From assembly GCA_036149055.1 (NCBI GenBank), contig JAYZQJ010000009.1:38436-102435 (forward strand): a stretch of 64,000 nt of DNA, in the 5' to 3' direction. Each line of letters opens with the position of its first letter. The first letter of the stretch is position 1. A program made the position numbers and the translations under genes. The notes beneath the pieces were generated by a model that was not told the DNA's origin, did not search any database, and was given only the letters and a program-made list of their open reading frames with translations. Below are positions 48,902 to 58,485 of the stretch, piece by piece. This DNA is from Myxococcota bacterium (GTDB lineage: Bacteria; Myxococcota_A; Polyangia; Polyangiales; Sandaracinaceae).

Positions 48902-50452
48902 TCAGCTCTTCCGCTCGCGGAGCTCGCGGCGGAGGATCTTGCCCGAGGCGCTCTTCGGGATCTGGTCGATGAACTCGACGAGGTCGACCTTCTTGTAGGT
49001 GGCGACCTTGTCGGCGACGAACGCCTGCACGTCCTCGGCGCTGATCGCGCTGCCGGGCGCGCGCACCACGAAGGCCTTCACCAGCTCGCCGGCCTCCTCG
49101 TCGGGCACGCCGATCACCGCGACGTCGGCGACCTCGGCGTTGGTGATCAGCAGCGCCTCGAGCTCGGCCGGCGCGACCTGGAAGCCCTTCACCTTGATGA
49201 GCTCCTTGAGCCGGTCGACGATGAAGAAGTGGCCGTCCTCGTCGGCGACGCCCACGTCCCCGGTGTGGAGCCAGCCGTCGCCGTCGATGGTCTCGTTCGT
49301 GGCCTCCTCGTTGTTGAGGTAGCCCTTCATGACCTGCGGGCCGCGCACCCAGACCTCGCCGCGCTCGCCCACCCCGACGTCCTTGCCGGTGTCCGGGTCG
49401 ACCAGGCGGCACTCGGTGTTGGCGACGAGGGTGCCGATGGAGCCGGCCTTGTAGTCGCCCTCCCGGATCGCGTGGGTCACCGGGGACAGCTCGGTCATGC
49501 CGTAGCCCTGCGCGACCTCGCAGCCGAGCCGCTTGGCCGCCGCCTCCGCGATCTCGCCGCCGAGGGGCGCGGCGCCGCTGAAGATCTGCTTCACGCTCGA
49601 CATGTCGTACTTGTCGACGATCGGGTGCTTGGCGAGCGCGAGCACGATCGGCGGTACGATGAAGAGCCGCGTGATGCCGTGCTTCTGGGTCAGCTCGAGC
49701 ATCTGCACCATGTCGAAGCGCGGCGCGGTCACGATGGTCGCGCCGGTCGCGAGCCCGAAGTTCATCAGGACCTGCATCCCGTAGATGTGGAAGAAGGGCA
49801 GGACGGCGAAGATGACCTCGTCCTCCTTCAGGTCGATGTGGGCGGCGGTCTGCTCGATGTTAGCCACCAGGTTGTGGTGGGTGAGCATCACGCCCTTCGG
49901 GAAGCCGGTCGTGCCCGAGGAGTAGGGCAGCACGACCACGTCCTCCTGCACGTCCCGCGCGACCTGGGCGCCGAGCGGCTCGCCCATCAGCGTGCTGAAC
50001 GAGGGCGCGTCGCCGGGGCCGATCAGGTAGACCTCCTCGATCCCCGCCTCCTTCGCCGCCGCCTGCGCGGTCTCGAGGAACAGCCCGACGGTGACGATCG
50101 CGGTCGCCCCGGAGTCCTTCAGCTGGAAGGCGATCTCCTCGGCGCCGTAGGTCGGGTTCAGCGTGGTGACGGTGGCCCCGGCGTAGGCGAGGCCGTGGAA
50201 GACCACCGCGTACTCGGGCACGTTCGGGCTCATCAGCGCCCAGGTCGTGCCGGGGCCCACGCCCTTGGCCTTCAGGCCGCCCGCGAGCATGCGGATCTGC
50301 TTGGCGAGCGCGCCGTAGGTGACCTCGCGCCCGCTCGGGCCGTCGATGAAGGCGGCCTTGTCGGCCAGGCGCTCCGCGTGCCGGAGCACGTGCTCGGTGA
50401 CCGAGACGGCGGGGATGTCGAGGGAAGGGACGGTGCTCTTGAAGATCGTCAT
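48902..50452 (-). CDS. AMP-binding acyl-CoA ligase (4-coumarate--CoA ligase family)
   Basis: YSSGTTGFPKGVMLTH; LPFFHIYG; QGYGMTE; GWLHTGD; DRLKELIK; PKSASGKILR. Confidence 0.93.
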   Translation of the reverse strand: MTIFKSTVPSLDIPAVSVTEHVLRHAERLADKAAFIDGPSGREVTYGALAKQIRMLAGGLKAKGVGPGTTWALMSPNVPEYAVVFHGLAYAGATVTTLNPTYGAEEIAFQLKDSGATAIVTVGLFLETAQAAAKEAGIEEVYLIGPGDAPSFSTLMGEPLGAQVARDVQEDVVVLPYSSGTTGFPKGVMLTHHNLVANIEQTAAHIDLKEDEVIFAVLPFFHIYGMQVLMNFGLATGATIVTAPRFDMVQMLELTQKHGITRLFIVPPIVLALAKHPIVDKYDMSSVKQIFSGAAPLGGEIAEAAAKRLGCEVAQGYGMTELSPVTHAIREGDYKAGSIGTLVANTECRLVDPDTGKDVGVGERGEVWVRGPQVMKGYLNNEEATNETIDGDGWLHTGDVGVADEDGHFFIVDRLKELIKVKGFQVAPAELEALLITNAEVADVAVIGVPDEEAGELVKAFVVRAPGSAISAEDVQAFVADKVATYKKVDLVEFIDQIPKSASGKILRRELRERKS

Positions 50453-50519
50453 GCGCGCTCCGGGTGGGCTGTCGAGGTCCCAGGATCCACACCGGATCGG
50501 CGCGCGCTTGTCAAATCGG

Positions 50520-51008
50520 TCAGTCCGACTTGCGCTCCACCAGCGGCACCGCGAAGGACAGCTCGGTGTCCCACGGGAAGCGGATCCACGTCGTCTGCGG
50601 GATCTCCCGGATGCACAGGTCGGTGAAGGGGCGCCCCTCGGGCTTGGCGTACACCGTGGCGAAGAACGCCTTGGGGAGGCGCTCCCGGATCGCGCGGGCG
50701 GTGCGCCCGGTGTCGACCAGGTCGTCGATGAGCAGGCAGCCCTCGCCGTCGCCGGGGGGCGCCTCGAGGATGTCCGCCTCGCCCTGCTGCTGCGCCTGCG
50801 CGCCGTGGTAGCTGACCACGCAGATCGTGTCGACGAGCCGGATGTCGAGCTCGCGCGCGACCACCGCGGCGGGGATGAGCCCACCGCGGGTGACGGCGAC
50901 GATGCGCTTCCAGCTCTCGTTCCGCTCGATCAGCGTCCGGCACAGCGCCCGGCAGTCGCGGTGGAGCTCCTCCCAGGAGATGAACACGTCGCTGGTGTAG
51001 CGGGCCAT
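50520..51008 (-). CDS. gpt: Xanthine phosphoribosyltransferase
   Basis: SWEELHRD; AVTRGGLIP; LLIDDLVDTGRT; YAKPEGRP; WIRFPWD. Confidence 0.92.
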   Translation of the reverse strand: MARYTSDVFISWEELHRDCRALCRTLIERNESWKRIVAVTRGGLIPAAVVARELDIRLVDTICVVSYHGAQAQQQGEADILEAPPGDGEGCLLIDDLVDTGRTARAIRERLPKAFFATVYAKPEGRPFTDLCIREIPQTTWIRFPWDTELSFAVPLVERKSD

Positions 51009-52927
51009 CAGTCCTCCGTGAGGTAAGTGTACCCCCGGAGCGACTCCTCGTAGTGGCGCATGAGCAGCTTGACCTGGTCGACGCCGATGAGGCCCTGCCG
51101 GCGGGCGCGCTCGGCCTGCAGCCGGACCCGCTCCACCATCGCCATCGGCTCGTACTCCACGTAGCCGAGCACCTCGGCGACGCTGTCGCCCTTCACCACG
51201 CTGGTGACCTCGTAGGACTCGTCGTCCATCCGGACGTGCACCGCGTTGGTGTCGCCGAAGAGGTTGTGGAGGTCGCCGAGGATCTCCTGGTAGGCGCCGT
51301 TGAGGAACATCGCGAGGAAGTAGCGCTCGCCGTCCTTCAGCTCGTGCACCTCGAGCACGTGCTTGACGTCCTCGACGTCGATGAAGCGGTCGATCTTGCC
51401 GTCGCTGTCGCAGGTCAGGTCGGCGATGGTCGCGCGCTCGGTCGGCTCCTCGTCGAGCCGGTGAATGGGCATCACCGGGAAGAGCTGCCCGATGGCCCAC
51501 GCGTCCGGCGCGGACTGGAAGACGCTGAAGTTGCAGTAGTAGATGCTGCTCATGAAGTCCTCGAGGTCGGCGATCTCCTCGGGGACGCGGCGCATCCGGC
51601 CCTTGGCGCGCATGATCTTGTCCAGGCAGTGCCAGAAGAGGCGCTCCGCCTGGGCGCGCTGACGCAGGGTCAGGTAGCCGAACTTGAAGAGGCTGTCCGC
51701 CTCCTCCTTGCCCTGCAGGGCGTCGTGATAGGACTCCTGCACGTTCTTCGGCAGGATGCCCTCCCAGGTCTCGTAGAGCTCCTCGAGCACCCGGTGGCTG
51801 CCCTTCTCGGGCTTCTCGGGCACGCCGGGGAAGCGCACCTCGTTCTTGCCGACCACCTCGAAGACGAGGACCGACTGGTGGGCGCTGATCGCCCGGCCGC
51901 TCTCGGTCACCAGGGTCGGCACCGACACCTGCGCCTTGTCGCAGGCGTCCTTCACCTCGCTGACGATGTCGTAGGCGTACTCCGCCAGGTCGTAGTTCAT
52001 CGAGGCGTGGAAGTCGGTCTTGCTCCCGTCGTAGTCGATGGCGAGGCCGCCGCCGACGTCGAGGTAGCCCATCTTCGCGCCCATCTTCGCCAGCTCGACG
52101 TAGATGTTCGCGGCCTCCCGCATCGCGTTCTTGATCGGGATGATGCTCGAGATCTGGCTGCCGATGTGGAAGTGCAGCAGCTGCAGGCAGTCGAGCATGT
52201 CGCGGCTCGCCAGCTCGTCGACGACCTGCACGATCTCCGCCGCGGTCAGGCCGAACTTGGCCCGGTCGCCGGCGGAGCTCTTCCAGCGGCCGACGCCGCG
52301 CGCGGCGAGCTTGCAGCGCACGCCGAGCATCGGCCGGACGCCGGTCTTCTCCGACGCCTGGAGCGCGAACTGCAGCTCCTCGATGCGCTCGAGGACGACG
52401 ATCACGGTCTTGTCGAAGCGCTGGGCGAGGAGCGCCGTCTCGATGTAGGCGCGGTCCTTGTAGCCGTTGCAGATGATGAAGCCGCCGGGCTCCTGGGTCG
52501 CCGCGAGGGCGATGAGGAGCTCGGGCTTGCTGCCCGCCTCGAGGCCGTACTGCCACGGCTCGCCGTGCCGCACGACCTCGTCGATGAGGTGCTTCTGCTG
52601 GTTGACCTTGACCGGGAAGACGCCGCGGTAGCGGCCGTCGTACTCGTACTCCCGGATCGCCGCCTGGAACGCCTCGTTGAGGCGCCGGATGCGGTCCTCG
52701 AGCACGTCGCTGAAGCGGATGAGGAGCGGCAGGTCGAGCCCGCGCGCCTCGAGGTCGAGCACGAGGTCGTGGAGGTCGACCGTCTTGTGGGGCTCCTCGG
52801 GGTCGGGGGCGACCTCGACCCGCCCGTCGGCGCTGATGCGGAAGTAGGGCTTCCCCCATCCGTTGATCTGATACAGCTCGGCGCTGCGGTCGATCGTCCA
52901 GGGGGTCTCTTCTTCGAGGTCGTCCAT
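51008..52927 (-). CDS. speA: Biosynthetic arginine decarboxylase
   Basis: FPVKVNQ; GLEAGSKPEL; CNGYKD; HFHIGSQI; DVGGGLAIDYDG; TCDSDG; GAYQEILGDLHNLFGDT. Confidence 0.96.
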   Translation of the reverse strand: MDDLEEETPWTIDRSAELYQINGWGKPYFRISADGRVEVAPDPEEPHKTVDLHDLVLDLEARGLDLPLLIRFSDVLEDRIRRLNEAFQAAIREYEYDGRYRGVFPVKVNQQKHLIDEVVRHGEPWQYGLEAGSKPELLIALAATQEPGGFIICNGYKDRAYIETALLAQRFDKTVIVVLERIEELQFALQASEKTGVRPMLGVRCKLAARGVGRWKSSAGDRAKFGLTAAEIVQVVDELASRDMLDCLQLLHFHIGSQISSIIPIKNAMREAANIYVELAKMGAKMGYLDVGGGLAIDYDGSKTDFHASMNYDLAEYAYDIVSEVKDACDKAQVSVPTLVTESGRAISAHQSVLVFEVVGKNEVRFPGVPEKPEKGSHRVLEELYETWEGILPKNVQESYHDALQGKEEADSLFKFGYLTLRQRAQAERLFWHCLDKIMRAKGRMRRVPEEIADLEDFMSSIYYCNFSVFQSAPDAWAIGQLFPVMPIHRLDEEPTERATIADLTCDSDGKIDRFIDVEDVKHVLEVHELKDGERYFLAMFLNGAYQEILGDLHNLFGDTNAVHVRMDDESYEVTSVVKGDSVAEVLGYVEYEPMAMVERVRLQAERARRQGLIGVDQVKLLMRHYEESLRGYTYLTED

Positions 52928-53048
52928 GCTGCACCTCCGACGGGGCGCGGGGGAGAGGGGGTCGCGTTTTAAGTCCGTCGGACCCGGACAGCAACGTCAA
53001 AACGTGGCGGTTGCCCCGGCGGCCGTCGCGTGATGCAGTTCGAGGGCA

Positions 53049-54566
53049 GTGGCCGACGAGTCCGAAGCCCTCGCGCAGACGGTCGCCGCGTCGGACCCCG
53101 GCGCGCGCGACCCCATCTTGCCGGTGGCCCCCGACGGGAGCCTGGCCGGGGCGACGCTCGACCACTTCGTGATCGGGGAGCTGCTCGGCAAGGGCGGCAT
53201 GGGCGAGGTCTACGCCGCCATCGACACGTCCCTCGACCGAGAGGTCGCGGTGAAGGTGCTCCGGGCGGACGCGAGCGGGATGGCCGGGATGACCGACCGC
53301 TTCCTCCGGGAGGCCCGGGCCCAGGCCCGGTTCAACCACCCGAACATCGTCCACATCTATTACATCGGCCGCCGCCCGACCCCGGCCGGCGAGGACTCCC
53401 TGTTCTTCGCGATGGAGAAGATCGCGGGCGGCGACCTCGACGACGTGCTTCGGGCCGGGGAGACGATGGAGCCCGAGGAGGCGCGGGACGCGATGATCCA
53501 GGTCGCCCGCGGGCTCCGCGCGGCGCAGCGGGTCGGCGTGATCCACCGGGACATCAAGCCCAGCAACCTGATGGTCGACGCGGACGGGGTCCTCAAGATC
53601 GCCGACTTCGGGCTCGCCAAGCCGGTCGACGGGGACAACCAGATCACCCAGGAGGGCGCGCTCGTCGGCAGCCCCTGGTACATCGCGCCCGAGCAGGCCA
53701 TCGCCGAGGAGATCGACCACCGGGCCGACATGTACGCGATGGGGGCGGCGTTCCATCACCTCCTGGTCGGCCGGCCGCCCTTCGACGGCCCGCGCCCGAT
53801 GGCGGTGGTCGCCAAGCACCTCTCCGAGCCCCTCGAGCCGCTCGCGAAGTCGGCGCCGCACGTGCCGCCCGCGCTCGCCCGGGTGCTCGAGCGCCTCCTC
53901 GCCAAGAAGCCGGAGGACCGCTACCCGGACTACGACGCGCTCCTCGCCGACCTCGACGCCGCGGCCCCCGAGCACCGGGCGCTCTCGCCCATCATGACGC
54001 GCACCGCGGCCGCGCTCGGCGACTTCCTGATCGCGGCGGCGCTGATCGGCTTCCTCGGCTGGATCGGCCTGGTCGTCTACCTGGCGATCGTGACGATCGG
54101 CCACGCCTGGCGCGGCCAGACGCCGGCGAAGTACCTGCTGGGCATCGAGGTGGTGCGCGAGGGCGGGGGGCGGCTCGGCTGGCTCCGCTCGGCGACGCGC
54201 ACGCTGGTCTCGCTCTGGATGCCGATCCTCGCCGGGGCGACGATCGCGCTCACCAGCGGGATCCCGGAGCTGCTCGACACGATCGAGTCGCTGCGGCCGC
54301 GCTCGCTCGACTCGATGCAGAACCTGCTGGTCGCCATGGCGATCAGCCACGGCTTCTTGACGCTGCTCTACCTGGTCGGCCTGGGCCTGGCGATCTTCCA
54401 CCCGCTCCGGGCGACGCTGCACGACCTCGCGGTGGGCTCGATGGTGACCTACCGGCTGAAGGCGACGCCGACCTCGACCGGGTCGGTCTCCGGGGTGCGC
54501 GAGCCGACCGACAAGCTCCAGCGGCTGGCCCGCAAGCTGAGCACCCGTCCGCCGCCCGGACCGTGA
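53049..54566 (+). CDS. Ser/Thr kinase with C-terminal RDD-like membrane domain
   Basis: HRDIKPSN; DFGLAK; RTAAALGD...GQTPAKYLLGIEVV...TLHDLAVGSMV. Confidence 0.9.
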   Translation: MADESEALAQTVAASDPGARDPILPVAPDGSLAGATLDHFVIGELLGKGGMGEVYAAIDTSLDREVAVKVLRADASGMAGMTDRFLREARAQARFNHPNIVHIYYIGRRPTPAGEDSLFFAMEKIAGGDLDDVLRAGETMEPEEARDAMIQVARGLRAAQRVGVIHRDIKPSNLMVDADGVLKIADFGLAKPVDGDNQITQEGALVGSPWYIAPEQAIAEEIDHRADMYAMGAAFHHLLVGRPPFDGPRPMAVVAKHLSEPLEPLAKSAPHVPPALARVLERLLAKKPEDRYPDYDALLADLDAAAPEHRALSPIMTRTAAALGDFLIAAALIGFLGWIGLVVYLAIVTIGHAWRGQTPAKYLLGIEVVREGGGRLGWLRSATRTLVSLWMPILAGATIALTSGIPELLDTIESLRPRSLDSMQNLLVAMAISHGFLTLLYLVGLGLAIFHPLRATLHDLAVGSMVTYRLKATPTSTGSVSGVREPTDKLQRLARKLSTRPPPGP

Positions 54567-54613
54567 CTTTCCCCGTCGCCGGGCCCGAGGGCCGCGTGCT
54601 ACAAGCGAAGTAG

Positions 54614-54892
54614 ATGTCGGACGACGAGCTCAGCCCCTACGAGCGCTACCTGACCACCGCGTTGGCGGCGGCCATCGACACCCTCGCGGCGGACGGACAC
54701 CTCGAGGTGCCGGAAGAGCATCGGGCCGCCCTGGTCACGGAGCTGCTCGCGGCCGCGTCCAACGCCGAGAACAGCCGGCGCATGATCAAGAAGATCGTCC
54801 GCACCCTGGTCGACTCCGAGCGCGTCGAGGAGGTCTACGCCTCCGACGACGACCTGCGGGACTTCTTCCGCGCCAAGCTCGGCCGCGCCTGA
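54614..54892 (+). CDS. Small hypothetical protein
   Basis: 92 aa; LVDSERVEEVYASDDDL. Confidence 0.7.
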   Translation: MSDDELSPYERYLTTALAAAIDTLAADGHLEVPEEHRAALVTELLAAASNAENSRRMIKKIVRTLVDSERVEEVYASDDDLRDFFRAKLGRA

Positions 54893-54973
54893 AAAAAGTC
54901 TGCGACGAGCGCCGGGACCTCGCGTCCTCGGTTCGGCGGCGACGGAGCCGCTCGAATCAGGAGGACATGAGAG

Positions 54974-55585
54974 ATGCGTTCCCGGATCATTGTCGCGGTT
55001 TGTTTCGCGTGGCTCGGCGCCTGCGCCTCGGACACCAGCGTCCAGGGCTTCACCCCCTGCGGTGACTTCCCCAGCGGCCCGGTCGACTGTCAGCCCGGCC
55101 AGTACTGCGCCGACGCGACCTTCTCGGAGTGCGTGCCCGGCTGCACCAGCGCGGTGAACTGCGCCGAGGGCCAGCGCTGCGTGAAGCCGGCCGGTGAGTC
55201 GGTGGGTGACTGCGTCGACGAGGGGCCGCCGCCGATGGGCGTGGTCTGCGGCAACGGCGCGTGCGAGGCCGGAGAGGACGGCGCGAGCTGCCCCGCCGAC
55301 TGCCGGACCGATCCGCCGCCCGCCCGCTGCGGCGACGGCGTCTGCAGCGGCGCCGAGAGCGAGTCGAGCTGCCCCGCGGACTGCGGCCCGTCCCCGGACG
55401 CGACCCTCGACCACTGTCACGAGCTCTGCAACGAGTACAACTTCTTCGACTGCTTCGTGCCCGGCGGGCTGCGCGTCTGCATCGACGCGTGCGACGCCTC
55501 CACGTCCGACCGCCGCGCCGACTTCAACCGCTGCGCCGAGGTGGGCACGGTGTCGTGCGACGAGGCCTGCTTCGAGCTCCTGTGA
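54974..55585 (+). CDS. Cys-rich lipoprotein
   Basis: LGAC lipobox; two CGxGxCxxxExxxSCPADC repeats; AGGAGG RBS. Confidence 0.8.
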   Translation: MRSRIIVAVCFAWLGACASDTSVQGFTPCGDFPSGPVDCQPGQYCADATFSECVPGCTSAVNCAEGQRCVKPAGESVGDCVDEGPPPMGVVCGNGACEAGEDGASCPADCRTDPPPARCGDGVCSGAESESSCPADCGPSPDATLDHCHELCNEYNFFDCFVPGGLRVCIDACDASTSDRRADFNRCAEVGTVSCDEACFELL

Positions 55586-55590
55586 GCGAG

Positions 55591-56490
55591 TCACCCCCCG
55601 AGGAAGCTGGCGAGGCTCACGTCGAGCTTGGTCGCCAGCTTGCCCATGAGGCTGTCGAAGGAGACGCGCCCGAGCGCGAGCTCCTTCATCAGCCGCCGGC
55701 GGGTGCCCTTCAGCACCGCGCCCCGGGCGTCCGCGATCCAGCGGGCGATGGTGGCGCGGTGCACGCCGTACATGCGGGCGAGGGTCTCGCTGCCGACGTC
55801 CTCGACGAGGTAGAGCCGGAGCACGTTGCGGTCCCGCGGCGAGAGCTCGGCGAGCGCCTCCCGGAAGGCGCGGCGGAAGGGGCCCTCGATCTCCGCCTTC
55901 AGCTGCGCGAGCTCGGGGTCGCCCTCCTCGATCGGCAGCTCGAGGAGCTCGTCGTCCAGTGGCTGCTCCCGGACGCCTCGTCGCTGGAGCGACTGTCGCT
56001 TGAGGGACTGGGCCTCCCGGAGGGCCACGACCTGGGCGAAGGCGGTGAGCGGACCCTGGCCGAGGTAGCGGTCGACCCGCGGCGGCCGATCCCCCTCGCC
56101 GACGAGCAGCTTCACGCGGACGTTCGAGACGACCTCGTCGACGAAGGCGCGGTCGGAGTCGACCCGGGCGATCGCCTTGGGCACCGCGGGCATGACCGCC
56201 CGCTCGAACGCCTCGGCCGCGCCGTCGATCCCTCGCGCGCACGCGCAGGCGAGGAAGAGGTCGGTCACCCGCAGCTTCGCGAGCCCGGCGGCGGGATCGC
56301 CGTCGTCGGGCACCCGGTCGGCGAGCCAGGCCGCGAGCTCGGCGCCCGAGAGCGCGATCTCCGGGAAGGCGGCCTGCGCCTCCCCGAACCGCTCGCGCAG
56401 CGCGTCGGCCAGCCGGGCCAGGGCGTCGGGGGCGATCGGGTAGGCGTCGCCCACCGCGGCCACGAACGAGGTGTGAAGCGCTTCGGTCAC
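55591..56490 (-). CDS. ECF-type sigma-70 factor of the myxobacterial type with N-terminal extension
   Basis: DLFLACACARG; region 4 LAELSPRDRNVLRL...LARMYGVHRATIARW. Confidence 0.85.
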   Translation of the reverse strand: MTEALHTSFVAAVGDAYPIAPDALARLADALRERFGEAQAAFPEIALSGAELAAWLADRVPDDGDPAAGLAKLRVTDLFLACACARGIDGAAEAFERAVMPAVPKAIARVDSDRAFVDEVVSNVRVKLLVGEGDRPPRVDRYLGQGPLTAFAQVVALREAQSLKRQSLQRRGVREQPLDDELLELPIEEGDPELAQLKAEIEGPFRRAFREALAELSPRDRNVLRLYLVEDVGSETLARMYGVHRATIARWIADARGAVLKGTRRRLMKELALGRVSFDSLMGKLATKLDVSLASFLGG

Positions 56491-56511
56491 CGAGACGGGG
56501 ATGCTACCCCA

Positions 56512-58485
56512 TCACGGCAGCGGGTCGCTGGCCTCGGGCACGTAGTGGCTGGTGGTCTGGATGCTGGTGCCGGTGTCGACGAAGCGGACGTCGTCGGTGA
56601 GGCGCTCGACGTCGTAGCCGTCGACCTGCACGCAGGCGCCGATCGACGCGGCGCGGATCTCGCCGTCCGAGAGATCGAGGCTGCCACCCTCGGCGATCTG
56701 CACGCCGCAGAGCGCCGCGTCGTCGATCACGAAGCCGCGCAGCGAGACCGAGGCGCCGCGGTAGACCCCGAGCCCGGTCCCTCCGGGCGCGTCGCCGCAG
56801 GTGGTCGCCGCGCACCCGCGCTCCCGGGTGGCGTGGATCTCGACGTCCTCGAGCGCCGCCTCGCCGCCGCTCACGATGACGCCCACCTCGTGCTGCCGCG
56901 CGAGGCGCGCCCGGGTGAGGGTGAGCCGGCTGTCCCGCACCTCGACCGCGCGCCCCCAGAGGCCGTCCTCGGCGTCGGGCGTGGTGTCCTCGACCCGGAC
57001 GTCGGTGAGCGAGACCGCCGAGCCGCCGCCGACCACGACCCCGCCGTGGGTGGTCCGCTCGACCGTCAGCCCCTCGAGCTCGACCTCGCCCAAGACGTCG
57101 ACGTAGAGGCCGACGCCGGCGACCCCCTCGTCCCGCACGTCGCGGAGCGTCAGGTCGCGCCCCTCGAGCCGGGCGTCGCCGAGGGTGTCCTGGCCGATCA
57201 CGCTGACCGCGCCGGCGAGGGTGTCGCGGACGAAGACGCGCTCGACCACCAGGGTGCCGCGCTGCGAGACGCCGAGCCCCTGGCCGAAGCCGTTCATGGT
57301 GGGGTGCTCGCGCACGCCGTCGACGACCACGTCGGTCAGCGCGATCCGCCCACCCTCGCCGACCTGCACCCCCGTGCCCTGCGCGGCCGAGAGCCAGGCG
57401 CGGGTGAGCGAGACCTCGCCGAGGGCCGAGAGCGCCCAGCCCATCGGCGCCCCGGTCACGTCGCGGACCACGACGTCCTCGAGCGCGTAGCCGCCGCCGG
57501 CGTTGGAGAGCAGCCCCGCGCCGGTCGAGCGGGTCACCTCGACGCGGCGGCCGGAGATCGTCCCGCCGTCCTGGCTGATGAAGCCCGCCCCGAGCCGCGC
57601 GCCGGTGGCGTCCCGCGCCGCGACGTCGGTGAGCTCCAGGGTGGCGCCGGCGGTGACGATGGCGCCGGCCAGGGTGTTCTCCTCGAGCACCGCGCGCTCG
57701 AGCCCGGCCGCGGCGTCGTCGACGATCAGCCCGAAGCCGCCGCTCCCGTCGCCGCCCGGCGCGATGCCGCGCACCACGAGCTCGCGCGCGGTCAGCCGGC
57801 CGCCGCCCACGATCACGCCGAAGGTGGTCGCGCGATCCACGACGACGCGCTCGAGCGTGACCTCGCCGCGGCGGACGAGGACGCCGGCGGCGTCGGTCTC
57901 GGCGACGGTGAGGTCGGAGACGGCGCCGCCCTCGAGCGCGATCACCGACTGGCCGGCGAACGACGTCGAGAGGGTGAGCCGGGTCTCGCGCGCGCACGCG
58001 CCGCGCAGGGTGGCGCCGACCGGGAGGCGGACGGCCTCGTCGTAGGTGCCCTTGGCGAGCGCGATGGTGCGGCCGGCGCGCCAGGCGGAGATGCCCTGGG
58101 CGATGGTGCCGAAGGGGGCGCCGGCGCTGCCGTCCCCGCTGCCCCCCGGGCGCACGTGGATCGCGTCGGCGGGCAGGTCGTCGGCGAAGTCGCCGCTCGG
58201 GCAGGCCCCGCCGATCGGCGCGCAGCTCGCGGCGCCGACGAAGCGGGCCTCGCCTTCGGGGCAGGGCGCGGGGCCGCCGGGGGTGGGGCCGCCGGGGGTC
58301 GGATCGCAGACCGTCACCCCGTCCACGTCGACCTCGCCCCAGCCGTCGGGGCAGGCGCCGAGCGCGGGGAGCTGCGCCTCGCGTCGGGTCTCGCCCCCCG
58401 CGTCCGGCGCGACGCTGGCGTCGGGGAGGGGGGCGACCTCGCCGTCGCAGGCGAGGAGGAGCAGGCAGAGCCAGGCGCGTCTCAT
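56512..58485 (-). CDS. Right-handed parallel beta-helix lipoprotein
   Basis: LLAC lipobox; GDGSAGAPFGTIAQGI..IALAKGTY; repeated LxDVxVxxT...GxG units. Confidence 0.8.
   Translation of the reverse strand: MRRAWLCLLLLACDGEVAPLPDASVAPDAGGETRREAQLPALGACPDGWGEVDVDGVTVCDPTPGGPTPGGPAPCPEGEARFVGAASCAPIGGACPSGDFADDLPADAIHVRPGGSGDGSAGAPFGTIAQGISAWRAGRTIALAKGTYDEAVRLPVGATLRGACARETRLTLSTSFAGQSVIALEGGAVSDLTVAETDAAGVLVRRGEVTLERVVVDRATTFGVIVGGGRLTARELVVRGIAPGGDGSGGFGLIVDDAAAGLERAVLEENTLAGAIVTAGATLELTDVAARDATGARLGAGFISQDGGTISGRRVEVTRSTGAGLLSNAGGGYALEDVVVRDVTGAPMGWALSALGEVSLTRAWLSAAQGTGVQVGEGGRIALTDVVVDGVREHPTMNGFGQGLGVSQRGTLVVERVFVRDTLAGAVSVIGQDTLGDARLEGRDLTLRDVRDEGVAGVGLYVDVLGEVELEGLTVERTTHGGVVVGGGSAVSLTDVRVEDTTPDAEDGLWGRAVEVRDSRLTLTRARLARQHEVGVIVSGGEAALEDVEIHATRERGCAATTCGDAPGGTGLGVYRGASVSLRGFVIDDAALCGVQIAEGGSLDLSDGEIRAASIGACVQVDGYDVERLTDDVRFVDTGTSIQTTSHYVPEASDPLP

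Noticed and set aside
48902..50452. NRPS adenylation domain or biosynthetic gene cluster
   Set aside because: Stand-alone 4CL-like ligase with no carrier, condensation or PKS genes nearby
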